Position numbers and translations under genes: made by a program. DNA of 64,000 nt from Mobula hypostoma (taxonomy: Eukaryota): NCBI RefSeq assembly GCF_963921235.1, contig NC_086097.1, positions 100,442,001-100,506,000 of the forward strand. The letters run 5' to 3'. Each line of letters starts with the position of its first letter. Position 1 is the first letter of the stretch. Positions 63,325-64,000 of this stretch are shown piece by piece. The notes below the pieces were generated by a model that worked only from the letters and a program-made list of their open reading frames with translations, had not been told where the DNA came from and did not search any database.

Positions 63325-63975
63325 GCATCAGCACGGCTTTTGGTTGATGCATGTTTGAAGATCAAGGCATCAGATCCAGCACAAAACTCATGGTCCAGCA
63401 GGTAGCAGTGATCACTGCCCTCTGATATGTTTATGAGGCTCAGATTACCTACACCAGGCCTTCTGAAGAGGTAACACCAATGACATCTCTGTGAAATCCT
63501 CTAGCTTTCTGGCAGGAAGAGGCAATGGATATTTTCTAGTTTCCCAAGCCAATACCGCCAGCATTGAGGTTTTGTGTTGGACGTGCGGGTTGTGTTGTTT
63601 GCAACACCAGACTCCCACAGCGAGCATTCCATTGTGAGTCCTATCTTGGGGAGAGATGACTGGTGGACAGAGGAGAAGGTTCAGGGAGGTGCTCAGAGTG
63701 GCCCTTGAGGACCCGTGGCCCCCGATGGCTGAACAAGGAGAAGGAGCGCTGAGGACTTCGGGGCCACAGGTTGAGATCAAACAAGGTCTCTGGGTCGGCA
63801 GCACAGCACCTCACCAATGGGCCTGCCCACCCATCAGCTACCTCCTGCCCCATCTGTGCTGGGCTCCAAATTACCCACACCAACCCAAATCCACAAGACT
63901 GGAGTGGAAGCCAGGTAACCCTCCATGCTGAGGTACAGCCTGAGAGAGGAGCAAATTGTTTAACAAGCACCACAG
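63325..63975 (+). mobile_element. Decayed RTE-clade LINE 3' coding fragment
   Basis: TKLMVQQVAVITAL and GGQRRRFREVLRVAL resemble RTE C-terminal motifs. Confidence 0.55.
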
Positions 63976-64000
63976 TTTTGTTTATGGGATCTTCAGATGC

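Overview
Eukaryotic, repeat-dominated window with no prokaryotic features. The repeat mix (CR1 LINEs, Rex1/Babar-like LINEs, RTE LINEs, Penelope-like elements, Gypsy LTR elements, V-SINE-like SINEs) suggests a vertebrate, probably a cartilaginous fish; this is inference. Most of the sequence is nested, decayed retroelements, and the longest ORFs come from tandem repeats. Main points of interest: (i) a TSD-bounded non-autonomous RTE-type element (55647-56345) whose 5' end fits an HDV-like ribozyme fold with an extra L3 hairpin and whose 3' stem-loop holds a tRNA-derived SINE; (ii) three minisatellites (48, 70/78 and 64 bp units), each amplified from inside a different retroelement class; (iii) a phase-compatible chain of candidate minus-strand exons of an unidentified host gene in the unique islands; (iv) several decayed Penelope hammerhead motifs; (v) multi-level nested insertions, including a head-to-head chimera of two non-LTR elements. 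All family assignments come from recognising motifs by eye, not from database searches.
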